Assembly (NCBI GenBank): GCA_951406725.2
Contig: OX597815.1
Coordinates: 34,162,001-34,226,000 of the forward strand
Direction of reading: 5' to 3'
From: Octopus vulgaris
Lineage: Eukaryota
DNA: 64,000 nucleotides
Part shown: positions 14,780 through 28,519 of the stretch, piece by piece
How the letters are laid out: each line of letters opens with the position of its first letter
Position numbering within the stretch: position 1 is the first letter of the stretch
Translations under genes and position numbers: made by a program
The notes under the pieces: model-generated
What the model was told of the DNA's origin: nothing
Database searches by the model: none
The model's input: the letters and a program-made list of their open reading frames with translations, nothing else

Positions 14780-14830
14780 GCACGTAAACCGGAAGTGAGC
14801 TGTGCAATCACCATGAGTCATTTTACTGCA
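14780..14830 (+). promoter_or_regulatory. Candidate ETS site (ACCGGAAGTG) in unique sequence; possible promoter
   Basis: Consensus ETS motif at ~14788-14797 at the start of a ~2 kb repeat-poor stretch; no associated gene identified. Confidence 0.25.
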
Positions 14831-15546
14831 GGAAATATACTGGCGCTGGTGTTGTCATAATGATTTGTAATTTTCGATAATATCGAAGCAACCGGATTTA
14901 TGTTAATTCTGTGTTTAATGCGAGTGGTCGGATGGAAGGAGAGGGACAGAAATTACATTTGTATCTAGTGAGTGGAAGTTTGTATCCTTACGTAGACAGT
15001 GTGTTCTTCTCGCGGTCAAGACTGCAGACACAAGTTCTACAAGGCTGACAAAATTACATTGCTTCTGTAAGTTATGGTAGTATAAGGAAACTAAATGTTT
15101 CGTTAGACTGAAGTGTTGTGACCAGCTCCATTTGTAGTTAAGTTGAGCTTTCATCAGTTTTACTTGACCTCAGATGCTGAACATAAAAGTTTCGATTGGA
15201 GATGTTTGAAAAATTGAAAATATTGTTCTGATACACTTGGAGCTTCCATACAATTCTTTCTGATTGAACACATCTCAAAATTTGTGAGTGTATGAATGTT
15301 TTGGCTATATTTCTCACATTTAGTTCCAATGGGAAAGAGTAGCTTTCTCAGAAACAAGCCATTTCAATGGAATTTAGATATCAGTTGAGGTCAAGGCTGT
15401 TCCTTCTATCATCAATATATTTTCAAGTTGTCCACTAAAAAAGTTGTGTTAGATTGGTGCATCTGCCTTTCAAATGTCTTCAATGAAGAAAAAAAGTATA
15501 AGGAATTCATTAAAGGTATGTATGATATTGCATACACACGTACAGA

Positions 15547-15596
<50 letters not shown>

Positions 15597-16015
15597 GAGA
15601 GAGAGAGAGATCAAAGGAGAGAGATAGAAAGAAAGAAAGAGAGAGACTCTGACCTTTAAATATACTCTCGCATACTTTACCTTATCGGTGACAAAACAAT
15701 TATTGCCTGCATTTAATGGTGATCCTAGAGGATGATGATCCCAGAATGAAATCAGGTTGTCTGTTGCTATGGTTATGATTTGGATCTTTAGCAAATCAAA
15801 GGTTTTCTAATACCAAGAAGTGGAAGCAAAATCAAATTCTTTTTTGTAATTCAGTCAGTCTTTAACTAAACTCATCATTTTGGTTCACTTCTGATATCAC
15901 AGATTTGTTGGTTAGAAATTATTCTGCACATACCCCAAAATCCTTTTTTTTAGCTGCTTGTTAAGCTGCGATATATTATTACTATCATAGGGATCCTTGA
16001 GGAATAGCGGCAATC

Positions 16016-16047
<32 letters not shown>

Positions 16048-16775
16048 CTTTCTGAATAAAATTCTGTCATGTTGTTGATCGGTAATTATTCACCGTGTAA
16101 GTGGCCTTATTTTTGCATAAGTCTTGTTTCAACTAACTTGGTATATTTAAACTCCCACTGGAAGCTTGCTGGTAAACGTCACTAAGATATCGTCAGTCGA
16201 TTGACTTTTCTTTTTGTAATAACCGAGAATCAAGTCTGTTTGTAGAGTTTCTTTTTCCTTAGAATAAAGATTCTGTACAATGTTCAAGTTCATTTCAAGG
16301 TTATCGAATAATTAATGGCAAAATTTTCACTCTTCATACAGATAAACATGATTGAATCTTGGATTGCTGGATAATATTACCCAGTAGTACGCAGTATGGT
16401 TGGAAGCTTTTATTAATCAAACAGCTAAGTTTTAGAGATCTTTTCGCTAAATCATTAAAATGCTGCGAACCATTCTATCTGCTTCAACTTTGGCTCAAGT
16501 ATGTGGTATCCTTTGCCAAAGATTTCAAACATAAAAAGCGGTGCCCCAGCATGGCCGTAGTCTAATGGCTGAAACAAGTCAAAGAGTGAAAGAATAGAAT
16601 ATGTAACAGGCTTCACGAATGAAAATAACAATGCATCCAATATTGGCAATCACAAGAACATAAATTGCAATATGTATATATATTAAATTGCAATACATAT
16701 ATACAATCATGCGTGTGTATTGTCAGTAATTTTTTTTCTTCCGTCTTCCATTCCTTGGATCTTTCCTTTTCCTAT

Positions 16776-16810
16776 GTTTCTGATGAAGAGCTCCACTCGA
16801 AACGTTAAAT
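16776..16810 (+). ncRNA. Minimal hammerhead ribozyme motif (PLE type)
   Basis: ttt-CTGATGA-a-gag-ctcca-ctc-GAAA-cg-TT-aaa; palindromic ACGT stem III; element ends in (TA)n at ~16913. Confidence 0.7.
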
Positions 16811-16908
16811 CCTCCTTCTTTCTTCCCTTTCCTGAGCGTCCAATAACATTATACTTGTTCCACGTCCTCGCGTTGTTGTGTTTTCTCTATGTGTTTTCAT
16901 GTTTGGAT

Positions 16909-16945
<37 letters not shown>

Positions 16946-17410
16946 TTAGTAACACTGATGTCAATAATCTTGGAACAGGAATTTGAAAGAGACATCCTGT
17001 TATGTTGACACATTAATAGCATATGTTGTTGACAAGGAACTTGAACTTACTGCAGACCAGAATGTTTTTTTTTTCGTACCATTACCAAGAATTCAGGAAC
17101 AAAAACAACTCCTTAAAATAAGTCAAATGACTGTTTGGGATAAATGTACAGAAGTGATCTTGTGGAAGATTTTCAGGACTTGCATGACAATAGATCCTAA
17201 ATAGGAAAAATAACAACGGTGTTGTTAGATACTATGAGCGATACCCAAAATTTGTGTTAGCCTTAAATTGTTACCACTTTGGATCAAAAGCTATAATCTT
17301 CAAACTTTCTATAAACATGGTCCGTCATTTTTTTTCTATTGAGATCAGGCATTTGAGTATGTTGCCAAATATCTACTACAAGCTAGAGAAAGAAATTTTT
17401 ATTTTGATAG

Positions 17411-17796
17411 TGTGGAAGCACTCCGTCGGTTACGACGACGAGGGTTCCGGTTGATCCGATCAACGGAACAGCCCGCTCGTGAAATTAACGTGTAAGTGGC
17501 TGAGCACTCCACAGACACGTGTACCCTTAACGTAGTTCTCGGGCATATTCAGCGTGACACAGAGAGTGACAAGGCCGGCCCTTTGAAATACAGGTACAAC
17601 AGAAACAGGAAGTAAGAGTGAGAGAAAGTTGTGGTGACAGAGTACAGCAGGGATCACCACCATCCCTGCCGGAGCCTCGTGGAGCTTTAGGTGTTTTCGC
17701 TCAATAAACACTCACAACGCCCGGTCTGGGAATCGAAACCGCGATCCTACGACCGCGAGTCCGCTGCCCTAACCACTGGGCCATTGCGCCTCCACA
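17411..17796 (-). mobile_element. SINE family C, tail type 1, full length with TSD
   Basis: tRNA-like head at right end; tttgatagt duplicated on both sides; near identical to 27266-27647. Confidence 0.9.
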
Positions 17797-18312
17797 CTTT
17801 GATAGTAACGACGACATGTACCAAACGCCTATAAGTGCAGTGGTTAAGACAAAAGACAAATTGTGCCTCAATCCGCATTGCAATTTATTAACTCACACAC
17901 AAGTGTTGCAGTGTATAAAATATATGCTAGGGGCATTGCAGCAAGTAACAGGTTTCATAGGAACTTTCAGGAAATTATCGTAGCAACAAGACGATAAACA
18001 ATCTTACAAATAAGAGCAAAATAGTTCGCAATCATTCAGATATTGAAAATTCATTGGAATCGTATATTCTCATTGGCAAATCGAAAGGCATTGTATATCC
18101 TCAGGTGCTGACATGACAAGGTTCAAAATTGCCCAGGCTATGATGAGAATAGACATAATAGCTTATAAGGTGGATCACATCGCAACTCTTCATATAACCT
18201 CTCGACACTGTATGTACTACTGTTCCAACAGATGGATGTGTGGCTTTCATTGAGTGTGTATTAGTTGTGTTACTCTAAAAGTATTGGATGACAATTTCGT
18301 TTCCTACATGGG

Positions 18313-18557
18313 AAATAACATTTCACGAGAATTCCAATAAGTGTTGTATTAAACTGAATATGCATCCAATAAGACTTTATAAGTACTTTCTGTCCCTTTT
18401 AACATACATGCATGCATGTTTATATTTACACATACATACATAAATATATACATACATACATATATACATACATACATACATACATACATTCAAATATATT
18501 TATGTATATGCGTATAAATATGTGTGTATGCATACACACAGAGATATAAATTAAGTG

Positions 18558-18623
<66 letters not shown>

Positions 18624-19046
18624 AAGGATATGTGGCGTTCGATCATATAATAATATAGACATATACATATATATGTAGGTATGTACATCTATGTATGTAT
18701 ATATGCATATATTTATATATTTTTTATATTATATTATATTATATTATATTATATTATATTATATTATATTATATATGTGTGTGTATGTGTGTGACTGTGT
18801 GTGTGTGCGTGCGTGTATGTGTGTATGTTTGTATACAGACATGCTTACGCACATATATATACGCATTTACACACACTTATATTTGAATGTATGTATGTGT
18901 GTATGTATGTATGCATGTATATATGTATGTTTAAATATAAATATACATGCATATATGTTAAAAGGGACCGAAAGTACTTAAAAAGTCTTATTGAATGCAT
19001 ATTTAGTTTAATAAACACTTATTAGAATTCTCGTGAGATGTTATTT
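18313..19046. repeat. Long inverted repeat (fold-back) with microsatellite-filled centre
   Basis: 18313-18425 is the reverse complement of 18930-19046 with scattered mismatches; similarity continues inward (tacattcaaatata / tatatttgaatgta). Confidence 0.85.
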
Positions 19047-19402
19047 CTGGTATACGAAGTATACAAACACACACACACACACACATACACAAACACACAC
19101 GCATACAGATATACACACATATATACGTATATACATTCTTGTGTGTGCGTGTGTGCTTGTGTGTGTGTGTGTTTTGGGTTTAGTTCTCAAATTTCTTTCC
19201 ATTTTTTGTGAGCCATTCTGTAACATAAGCAAAATTCTTTCATTGGAATTAAGACATTATCCAGGTAGTTTTGTACATGCATGCGTATGCGTATGTATGT
19301 ATTGATGCATGCATACACACATGTATGTATGTGCACGTATACGTATGTATGTGTGTATGCATGTATGTATCTATCTATTTATCTATCCATCTGTCCGTCT
19401 GT

Positions 19403-19472
<70 letters not shown>

Positions 19473-19539
19473 GTCTGTCTGTCTGTCTGTCTCTTTGTAT
19501 GTATGTATGTATGTATGTATGTATGTATCTATCTATCTA

Positions 19540-19574
<35 letters not shown>

Positions 19575-20048
19575 GCCTGTCTGTCTGTCTGTCTGTATGT
19601 ATGTATGTATGTATGTATATATGCATATGTAAATGTATGTATGCAAGTCCATGTAAGTATGTACAATTATTTGTAAGAGTAATATGTGACTAGATTCAAT
19701 TGTTATTGTTGTTGTTATTGTTTTGCCTCTGATCAACAATATCAGAGCTGACTTATGACTAATAGCATTCGAATAGTTAACCACCCTGTTTTTTTACGGA
19801 CTACATTAATTGTTCTACATTAATATGTCCTTTTCCTATTTAAAAAATTTCATTTATAATCTGAAAGAGATTCGGTTGCTATTTCTAGCTGATCAGGCAA
19901 GGCCTCTTTAGTGTGTGATTTTTGTCTGTTTGTCTCTTTATTGTCTGTTTGCTGTCAAAAAGTTATAGCATAGTGTACATTAACACTGAAGCTCACCTGT
20001 ATCGATTTGAAGATCTTTACTTTTCGCGTACTATTTAATTCAATAGAA

Positions 20049-20640
20049 ATATTATTTTCTACTCCAGGCACAAGGCCCAAAATTTAGGGCGGGGGGGGGG
20101 GGCAGTCGATTAGATCGGTCCCAGTATGCAACTGGTACTTAATTTATTGACCACCCCCGAGAGGTTGAAAGGCAAAGTCGACCTCAGCGGAATTTGAACT
20201 TAGAATGTAAAGACAGACGAAATACCTATTTCTTTACTACCCACAGGGGGCTAAACACAGAGGAGGCAAACAAGGACAGACAGATGGATTAAGTCGATTA
20301 TATCGACCCCAGTGCGTAACTGGTACTTAATTTATAAAACCCCGAAAGGATGAAAGGCAAAGTCGATATCGGCGGAATTTGAACTCAGAACGTAACGGCA
20401 GACGAAATACCTATTTCTTTACTACCCACAAGGGGCTAAACACAGAGAGGACAAACAAGGACAGACAAAGGGATTAAGTTGATTACATCGACACCAGTGC
20501 GTAACTGGTACTTAATTTATCGACCCCGAAAGGATGAAAGGCAAAGTCGACCTCGGCGGAATTCGAACTCAGAATGTAAAGACAGACGAAATACCGCTAA
20601 GCATTCCACCCGGCGCGCTAACGTTTCTGCCAACTTGCTG
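20049..20640 (-). mobile_element. SINE family B head-to-tail trimer
   Basis: Three units with junction gacgaaatac|ctatttc at ~20226 and ~20411 (period 185 bp). Confidence 0.88.
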
Positions 20641-21517
20641 CTCTTGTTCAATAAAAATATTACTATAGAATATTGATTCTTGATCACTTTTTATCCATAG
20701 ATACCTCTGGCTCCTATTTTACTCATGTGGACCCTAACAGCCATTCCATATTTAAAAATCCTATTATATTTTTGTAATTAAATATTATGAGAAAAGGAAT
20801 TAAAATATTTTGGGAATTGTAGAATTACAGCCAATATATTGCACGCACATTTTAACAGAAAATCTTACATGGACTACCACGAGTCATATGGAACTATTTG
20901 AGTAATATCATAATGTATTCAAAATCGGCCTAAGATGATCTTAATCAGTACGTGCGTCTACCCGTCTGAAGAACACCTGTAGTAACATCTGTGGAAGCTA
21001 TCTGTTTTATGAAAGAAATGACAGTGGTTTTCGATCCCAAATAAACAGAAGCAGACACAAACTGCATCCTTGGTATATTGTTTTTAAAAGATTTATAACA
21101 CCAGAGACAATTGCAAGATTTTCAGTTACAGAGGTGAATGTTGGGGACCAAGTATCTGTGAGCCTCTTCCAGTGGTGGCAACTAGGATAGTATGTTCCTT
21201 TGCCAAACGCAGTGAATCCAACAAAAATGAGTGTAGAACAGTATCAAGCACTTTTTAATCTATAATTTGATCAAATAAGTAAGAGGTTTCTGCACCGTTT
21301 TTGCTTTTCAAACAACTTAGATTCCTTAATTAGATGTTCTATATCTACGTTCATTCCAATTGCCTTGAGTCTGTTTGCTTAAAGCTTATACATAACTAGC
21401 TGTATAACTCGTCTTTGACCGGAATTAAGTTAGGATTATTAACCTAATCAAGTTCTTTATTTCAAACCAATTGACGTAACATCGACGTCAAATTTTGGCG
21501 AAATCCGTTGAAATTGG

Positions 21518-21557
<40 letters not shown>

Positions 21558-21942
21558 GCAACACACACATACACACACATACGTACGTACACCTATTGCA
21601 TACATGTTTTTTGTATGCATACATATTCGTGCATGTGTGTATGTGTGTGTGTATGTGTGTTGCCCGTATATCAACAAAACACTTTTTCCTCGATGGTAAA
21701 AAAACAACAAAAGTCTTAACAAAAACTTACTCGTCGCTAGAAGGAGACTTAACTCCTGTTTGCAAACAATGGTGAGTTCTCCGACTTGAAAATTGTTAAA
21801 AGTTTTGGTTGAGAATTTATTTTTACTGCTATTGACTGGTGCCTCTGGGGAAAAATAAGTTGACGAAAATACAGTTGGATTCATGACGAATGTCCTCCTA
21901 AAATTGGAGCGACATGTGTGCTAATTTGTGGACGTGCATAAA

Positions 21943-22031
<89 letters not shown>

Positions 22032-22296
22032 TCCTGCCATTTATATAGAGAGATGTAGAAACTACAGGCCTATAAATTTTCATTCTTAGATATAATATTT
22101 ATCCGTGAAAACCAATTTGTGACATTGAATTGTTTTTCCAATAGTTCTTTTAAATATACGCTGCAACAGTCTTCTCCAACTTTTTAATCTGTCCTTGGTG
22201 ATCTTTCATCATGGAATTTTCTCTTAATTTTAATGTGAATGCAGTTGACAGTATGTCTTACTATGGATGTTGATACTGTATTTATTTCTCATTGTC

Positions 22297-22600
22297 GCGG
22301 GCGCATGGCCTAGTGGTTAGGGTATTGCACTCACTATTACGAGATGGTGGTTTCAATTCCTGGACCGGAGAGTGCGTTGCGTTTTTGAGTAAAACAATTC
22401 ATCTCACGCTGCTGCGTGATCACTTCGACACGTATCACGTGCCACACCTTGCACCTATTCAGGTAACCTCGATTTGACGGAGGGAGTGAGCAAATGTACA
22501 GCATTTGATGATTATAAATTTGATGATTATAAAGAAATCCTTTGTGCAGGTTGTTCATCAAGAAACTGAAAGACCGTCCTTCTCGGATTACGAGAAACTA
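22297..22600 (+). mobile_element. tRNA-derived SINE, family E
   Basis: gcgcatggcctagtggttaggg..ggtttcaattcctgg head; body shared with 40868-41170 and 62676-62850. Confidence 0.7.
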
Positions 22601-22874
22601 CCATTATTTATTTCTCGTTGTATGGAAGCATGGTTACTATGGTTGATATTTTTTTCATTATCAAAATGAATTAATATTTCCCTGTGAATAAGTTGTTATT
22701 GTCACTGAAATCTCGTTTCCGTTCATCTTTTGAAAATATAGATTTGGCGTTAATGAAAATCTTGTTTACTTTCATTCGGTGTCAGAATTTTTTCTGAAAA
22801 TCTAGCGTTCATGCCCTAAAGCGGTTTCGTTACTCATTAAGAGTTTCGAGTGCAGATTCTCCGTATCTTCCAGT

Positions 22875-23093
22875 TACTCTTTTACTCTTTTACTTGTTTC
22901 AATCATTTGACTGCGGCCATGCTGGAGCACCGCCTTTAGTCAAGCAAATCGACACCAGGACTTATTCTTTGTAAGCCCAGTACTTATTCTATCGGTCTCT
23001 TTTGACGAGCCGCTAAGTGACGGGGACGTAAACACACCAGCATCGGTTGTCAAGTAATGCTAGGGGGACAAACACAGACACACAAACACACAT

Positions 23094-23126
<33 letters not shown>

Positions 23127-23298
23127 CATATATACGACAGGCTTCTTTCAGTTTCCGTCTACCAAATCCACTCACAAGGCATTGGTAGGCCCGGGGCTAT
23201 AGCAGAAGACACTTGCCCAAGATGCCACGCAGTGGGACTGAACCCGGAACCATATGGTTGGTTAGCAAGCTAATTACCACACAGCCACTCCTGCGCCT
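22875..23298 (-). mobile_element. SINE family A, full length
   Basis: Reverse complement of 1637-2048. Confidence 0.88.
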
Positions 23299-23606
23299 AT
23301 TGTTTTTTTTATTTTCATAAGATGTAACTGGGACATTGTACGCGTATTGTTCATTACACATATGACGGAATCTAAATATCCGGTTAGATGGCGAAGGTTC
23401 TTGACATTTTAATCTACTCCTCTTATCCACCTGGGTGGCTTAGGCAACTCCTAAGTATTGCTCCAGAGAGCTAGCAGCTGTATCCACACAAGCATTGAAT
23501 GTCCGATAGTTGTTATCATGTGTTTTTATACAATCATTAGCGATTTTTTGATAACCTGTAACACGAGAGTGACTGGTTTTATCTCGTATCCACATAAATG
23601 ATAATG

Positions 23607-23767
<161 letters not shown>

Positions 23768-23902
23768 AATGATGATTTCTTTCATTTGCTAGGGTGAAGG
23801 CTGAAGGGGACAATAATGATAATAATAATAACAATAATCGTAATAATAATGATGATGATGATGATGATGATGATGATAATGATGATAATAATAATAATAA
23901 TG

Positions 23903-23970
<68 letters not shown>

Positions 23971-23971
<1 letters not shown>

Positions 23972-24452
23972 TGTTTTGTCTTGGTATAAAAGATGGGCTA
24001 CAGCAAATATTCTGCTCAATACCACAGATTTGCTTGTCAGTTGTTTGACTTTAACCAGTTGAGCATGTCCCTTAGTGGCTGACGATATGTGCATCTCTGA
24101 TCATGAGCAGAAGTAGTGGGGGAGCATCATAGCCATGTGTTGAGAGGGATTCTTTGGGGTTTGAATAATTCACCTCTGGAAACATGGGTGGTTCTTTCAA
24201 CATCCTTAAACAACCCTTATTCAGGGACCTTTTGAGCGGGATGGGCTACTCAACCTGAAGAAAATTCTAACTGGGCCCCACCTGCAAGGTCATGTGCTGT
24301 TGATCTTGATATGAGATCACCATGTCGCGCACATATGGTTGTGATGCATGTGCCTGGTGTACCCTTATCAGACGGGTAGTCATGATGGGTATATTGGGCT
24401 TCGTATATTTTTACCCCAGTGTCACTTTGATGGCATGCACTGCTCTCTCACA
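23971..24452 (+). mobile_element. Non-coding retroposed element ending in (AAT)n, copy 1 (probable Dong-type 3' UTR or Dong-dependent element)
   Basis: Near identical to 24524-24964, same 3' end, different 5' truncation, (AAT)n both sides. Confidence 0.65.
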
Positions 24453-24453
24453 C

Positions 24454-24523
<70 letters not shown>

Positions 24524-24525
<2 letters not shown>

Positions 24526-24964
24526 TGCTCAATACCACAGATTTGCTTGTCAGTTGCTTGACCATAACCAGTTGAGCATGTCCCTTAGTGGCTGACGATA
24601 TGTGCATCTCTGATCACGAGCAGAAGTAGTTGGGGAGCATCATAGCCATGTGTTGAGAGGGATTCTTTGGGGTTTGAATAATTCACCTCTGGAAACATGG
24701 GTGGTTCTTTCAACATCCTTAAACAACCCTTATTCAGGGACCTTTTGAGCGGGATGGGCTACTCAACCTGAAGAAAATTCTAACTGGGCCCCACCTGCAA
24801 GGTCATGTGCTGTTGATCTTGATATGAGATCACCATGTCGCGCACATATGGTTGTGATGCATGTGCCTGGTGTACCCTTATCAGACGGGTAGTCATGATG
24901 GGTATATTGGGCTTCGTATATTTTACTCCAGTGTCACTTTGATGGCATGCACTGCTCTCTCACA
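24524..24964 (+). mobile_element. Non-coding retroposed element ending in (AAT)n, copy 2
   Basis: Near identical to 23971-24452 but starts ~40 bp further in. Confidence 0.65.
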
Positions 24965-24965
24965 C

Positions 24966-25049
<84 letters not shown>

Positions 25050-25050
<1 letters not shown>

Positions 25051-25600
25051 GGAATATAAGAGACGTCAAGACACTATAGCCAGGCTTGTCCATTGGACAC
25101 TTTGCAACAAGTATGGACTTGACTGAGCAAAAAATTGGTAAGATCACAAACCTGAAGACAATGTGGAAAATAGAAATGCAAAGATCTTATGTGATTTTAT
25201 GATTCAGTACGATCATGAGATTGAGAATAGGAAACAAACTATGCTGGATCATAGACATAGCATGTCCAGCTGATAACAAGATGTGCGATAAGGAAGAAAG
25301 AAAAGTCGAGAGATATGACAGGTTAGCTTGGGAAGTTAAGCAGTTGTGGTCGATGAAAAAGGTAGCAGTAGTACCAATAGCTGTCGGAGCCCTGGGAACA
25401 GTGAGAAAAAATCTCGAGAAGTAGGTGGAACAAATAGGGGCTGAAAAAAGGGTGGAGCACTTGCAGAAAACAGCACTGCTTGGAACCGCTCGAATACTCC
25501 GGAAGGTGCTCGACAAAATAAGAGGTATTTCCTTAGTTCACTGATTGTGAACATCTGACGATGTAGTACTTCTATAGTGTTAGAAGCTGTGCAAAGGCAA
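25050..25600 (+). mobile_element. R4/Dong-clade 3' fragment, same family as 5833-7207
   Basis: IIDIACPADNKMCDKEERKVERYDRLAWEVKQLW..VVPIAVGALG; same 3' end gaagctgtgcaaaggc then (AAT)n. Confidence 0.88.
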
Positions 25601-25602
25601 TA

Positions 25603-25673
<71 letters not shown>

Positions 25674-25687
25674 TGATGATGATGATA

Positions 25688-25828
<141 letters not shown>

Positions 25829-26546
25829 GCTGATCAAGCTAATGCGATTAGAAGAAAGTGGATGACAGAATTAGAGGTAGTAGAGATCACAAGAGCACTG
25901 GGAAATTGAGAAGGAGTACATCAGAGAAGTGAGGAAGCTAATGAACTTAAAGCTAAATGGTTCGAATGTAGTGAAGGCTGTAGATACTTAGTATCATTAC
26001 TTAGGTACTCAGCAGCTTTTGTAGATTGGACAAAAACTGAACTAGTAAAGCTAGACGGAAGAATTAGGAAGGAATTCAATAGTAATGGAGGACTCCACCC
26101 AAGGACAGGAGTAGCAACGTTATACCTACCTAGAAAGGAAGGCGGAAGAGGGCTAATATCAGTAAAAGACTGCATAGAGTTTGCTAGAGTAGATATAGAC
26201 TCCTATGTAGGTAATAGCGAAGAATGTTTATTAAAAGCTGCTAGAGTCATAGCAAGACATAGGGAAACCAAAAAACCCAAACGAAGTTAAAAACCAGAAA
26301 AAAGAACAATTTATCTGACTGGCAGGAGGAGGCGTTGCATGGTAGATTCCCAAAGATAGTCGTAACAAGTAGTAGTAAAGTTTGTTAGTAGCTGCACAAG
26401 ATCAAACATTAAGGACTAATTGGATAAAAGCCAAGATTGGCAAAACCAATTAGATAGACAAAAACCAATTAGACAAAAACCAAATGTAGATTATGCAAAT
26501 CAAAAGAAGAAAGCATTGCTCACATAGTGAATGTAGCATGCTGGCA

Positions 26547-27192
26547 CGCCCAGTGCGTCATGCTGCCAACAAAGCACGCGGAGTTCTGTTTTTGATTCGA
26601 CGGTCATTCGGAATGCTCACAGCAGCCATATTCCTACCGCTCTATGTCACGCTGGTGAGACCCATACTGGAGTACGGGATTCAAGCCTCTTCTCCTTATC
26701 TCCTCAAAGACATACATCATCTCGAAAGAGTCCAGAAGCTGGCTACCCACATGGTACTTTGTCTCAAGCATTTGTCTTATGAAGAAAGGCTGAAGACGCT
26801 CGACCTTTATTCTCTAGAAAAACGCCGATGCCGTGGTGATCTCATTCTTGCTCACAACATCATAAGCGGAAAGTGTACCCTCTCGAAAGAGCTGTTCTTC
26901 ACTCCTGCTCCGGAACGTCAGCTGCGGGGTCATTCCGAAAAGCTCTATCTGCGACGATTTCATCTCAATCGAAGGAGAGGGGCTTTCTCCGTCCGGGTTG
27001 CGGATCCGTGGAATAAACTGCCGGACGAGATAGTGAAGATGCCGACGACCGCTCGGTTCAAAGTCTCCCTTGACCACAAATGGCCTGAACTCTTTGTATG
27101 AACACCACCCTGTACATAACTCCAAGTCCCCCTACATGGCCTTGGTTTTGTTTTTTGAGCCAAATAATTAACTTAACTAACTTAACTTAACT
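26547..27192 (+). mobile_element. CR1-clade LINE 3' fragment (RT C-terminus) with (AACTT)n tail
   Basis: LYVTLVRPILEYG, LERVQKLAT, SYEERL, RRCRGDLI, RGH..KL, FSVRV..WNKLP; frame open to its stop at 27101. Confidence 0.9.
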
Positions 27193-27265
27193 ATATGACA
27201 ATTTAGGGAGAGTTATCCACTTAGAGCTATATAGCAAGTTAGGATTTTAACATACTCATATGGAT

Positions 27266-27647
27266 GGAAGCACTCCGTCGGTTACGACGATGAGGGTTCT
27301 GGTTGATCCGATCAACGGAACAGCCTGCTCGTGAAATTAACGTGTAAGTGGCTGAGCACTCCACAGACACGTGTACCCTTAACGTAGTTCTCGGGGATAT
27401 TCAGCGTGACACAGAGAGTGACAAGGCCGGCCCATTGAAAAACAGGTACAACAGAAACAGGAAGTAAGAGTGAGAGAAAGTTGTGGTGAAAGAGTACAGC
27501 AGGGATCACCACCATCCCCTGCCGGAGCCTCGTGGAGCTTTAGGTGTTTTCGCTCAATAAACACTCACAACGCCCGGTCTGGGAATCGTAACCGCGATCC
27601 TACGACCGCGAGTCCGCTGCTCTAACCACTGGGCCATTGCGCCTCCA
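27266..27647 (-). mobile_element. SINE family C, tail type 1, with TSD acatactcata
   Basis: Duplication at 27250-27260 and 27650-27660. Confidence 0.9.
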
Positions 27648-28519
27648 TTACATACTCATAAATGGTATGAACATTAATTTAGTAAAGAGCTAGAAAGTAA
27701 GAAATATAAGATGTTGTGGGGCTTCAACAGTCAGACAGACAGAGTAATATAAGCTAGAAGGCCTAAATTGGTAGTAGTACATAAAGAGAGTAGAAAGTGC
27801 CAGATAATTGACTTTATGTCCCAAATGATGAAAAAATTAATAAGAGAAGTATAGAAAAATATCAAAATACCAGGACCTAACTATTTAATTACAGAGACTA
27901 TGGAAAGAGCGGGTAAAATGCATCCCAGTAGTTATAGGTGCATTGGGAACTATCAGTAAAGATCTCAACAGATGGACAGAGGAAATAGGCATAAAACCCA
28001 GTTTAGTACAGCTCCAGAAAACAGTGTTGTTAAGGGACAGCTAGTATACTTAAAAGGATTCTTGGCATCTAAGGTTAGGTAGACCGGTAGCAATGCCAGG
28101 CCAGAGATTTTTGGAAATTATCCATCGGCTCCGAGCTGAAGATTCTCCGGAAAAGAGCGGCCAGCTGATCTTCTTCTAGGCCCAAGGTCTCTCCAAGAAT
28201 GTTGTTGCACCTTTCCTTCATTAATCCACAATAAAAAGCTAATGTGGACGTTCCACCTATCAAACTGTCCGATTGGCTGATGGTTGTGAGCACTTGAAAA
28301 CATTCAACTTCTCCAAATGCTTCCACTTGGTATCTTTTTTACCTAGGACTGCAGCTCCGTTAAAGAATTTAGCTGCGGAAATACGTGTCTGGAAAACGGC
28401 GACCACATCTGTTCACCGTCAAGGAAGCACTGGAGATGTCGTAGCGTCAGCGCATGTCAGGGCATCATCAACCACAGCATGCCCAGGCTACCACGCAGCG
28501 GGTGCTGAAAGCAGATAGA

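Larger units (their letters stand above)
25830..28080 (+). mobile_element. Second, diverged R4/Dong-type element interrupted by CR1 and SINE insertions
   Basis: LLRYSAA..W..LDGRIRK..LHPR..LYLPRKEGGRGL, AAQDQ, CRLC..SEC, later WYEH..RRP..IIDF..IPVVIGALG; starts right after (AAT)n. Confidence 0.75.

Noticed and set aside
15085-15160. Minus-strand CTGATGA with agctc/gagct stem
   Set aside because: GAAA does not follow stem II and stem I does not pair
23330-23598. Possible minus-strand RLE retrotransposon tail
   Set aside because: Only a vague WIQLLAL/GAILRSCL resemblance across a frameshift
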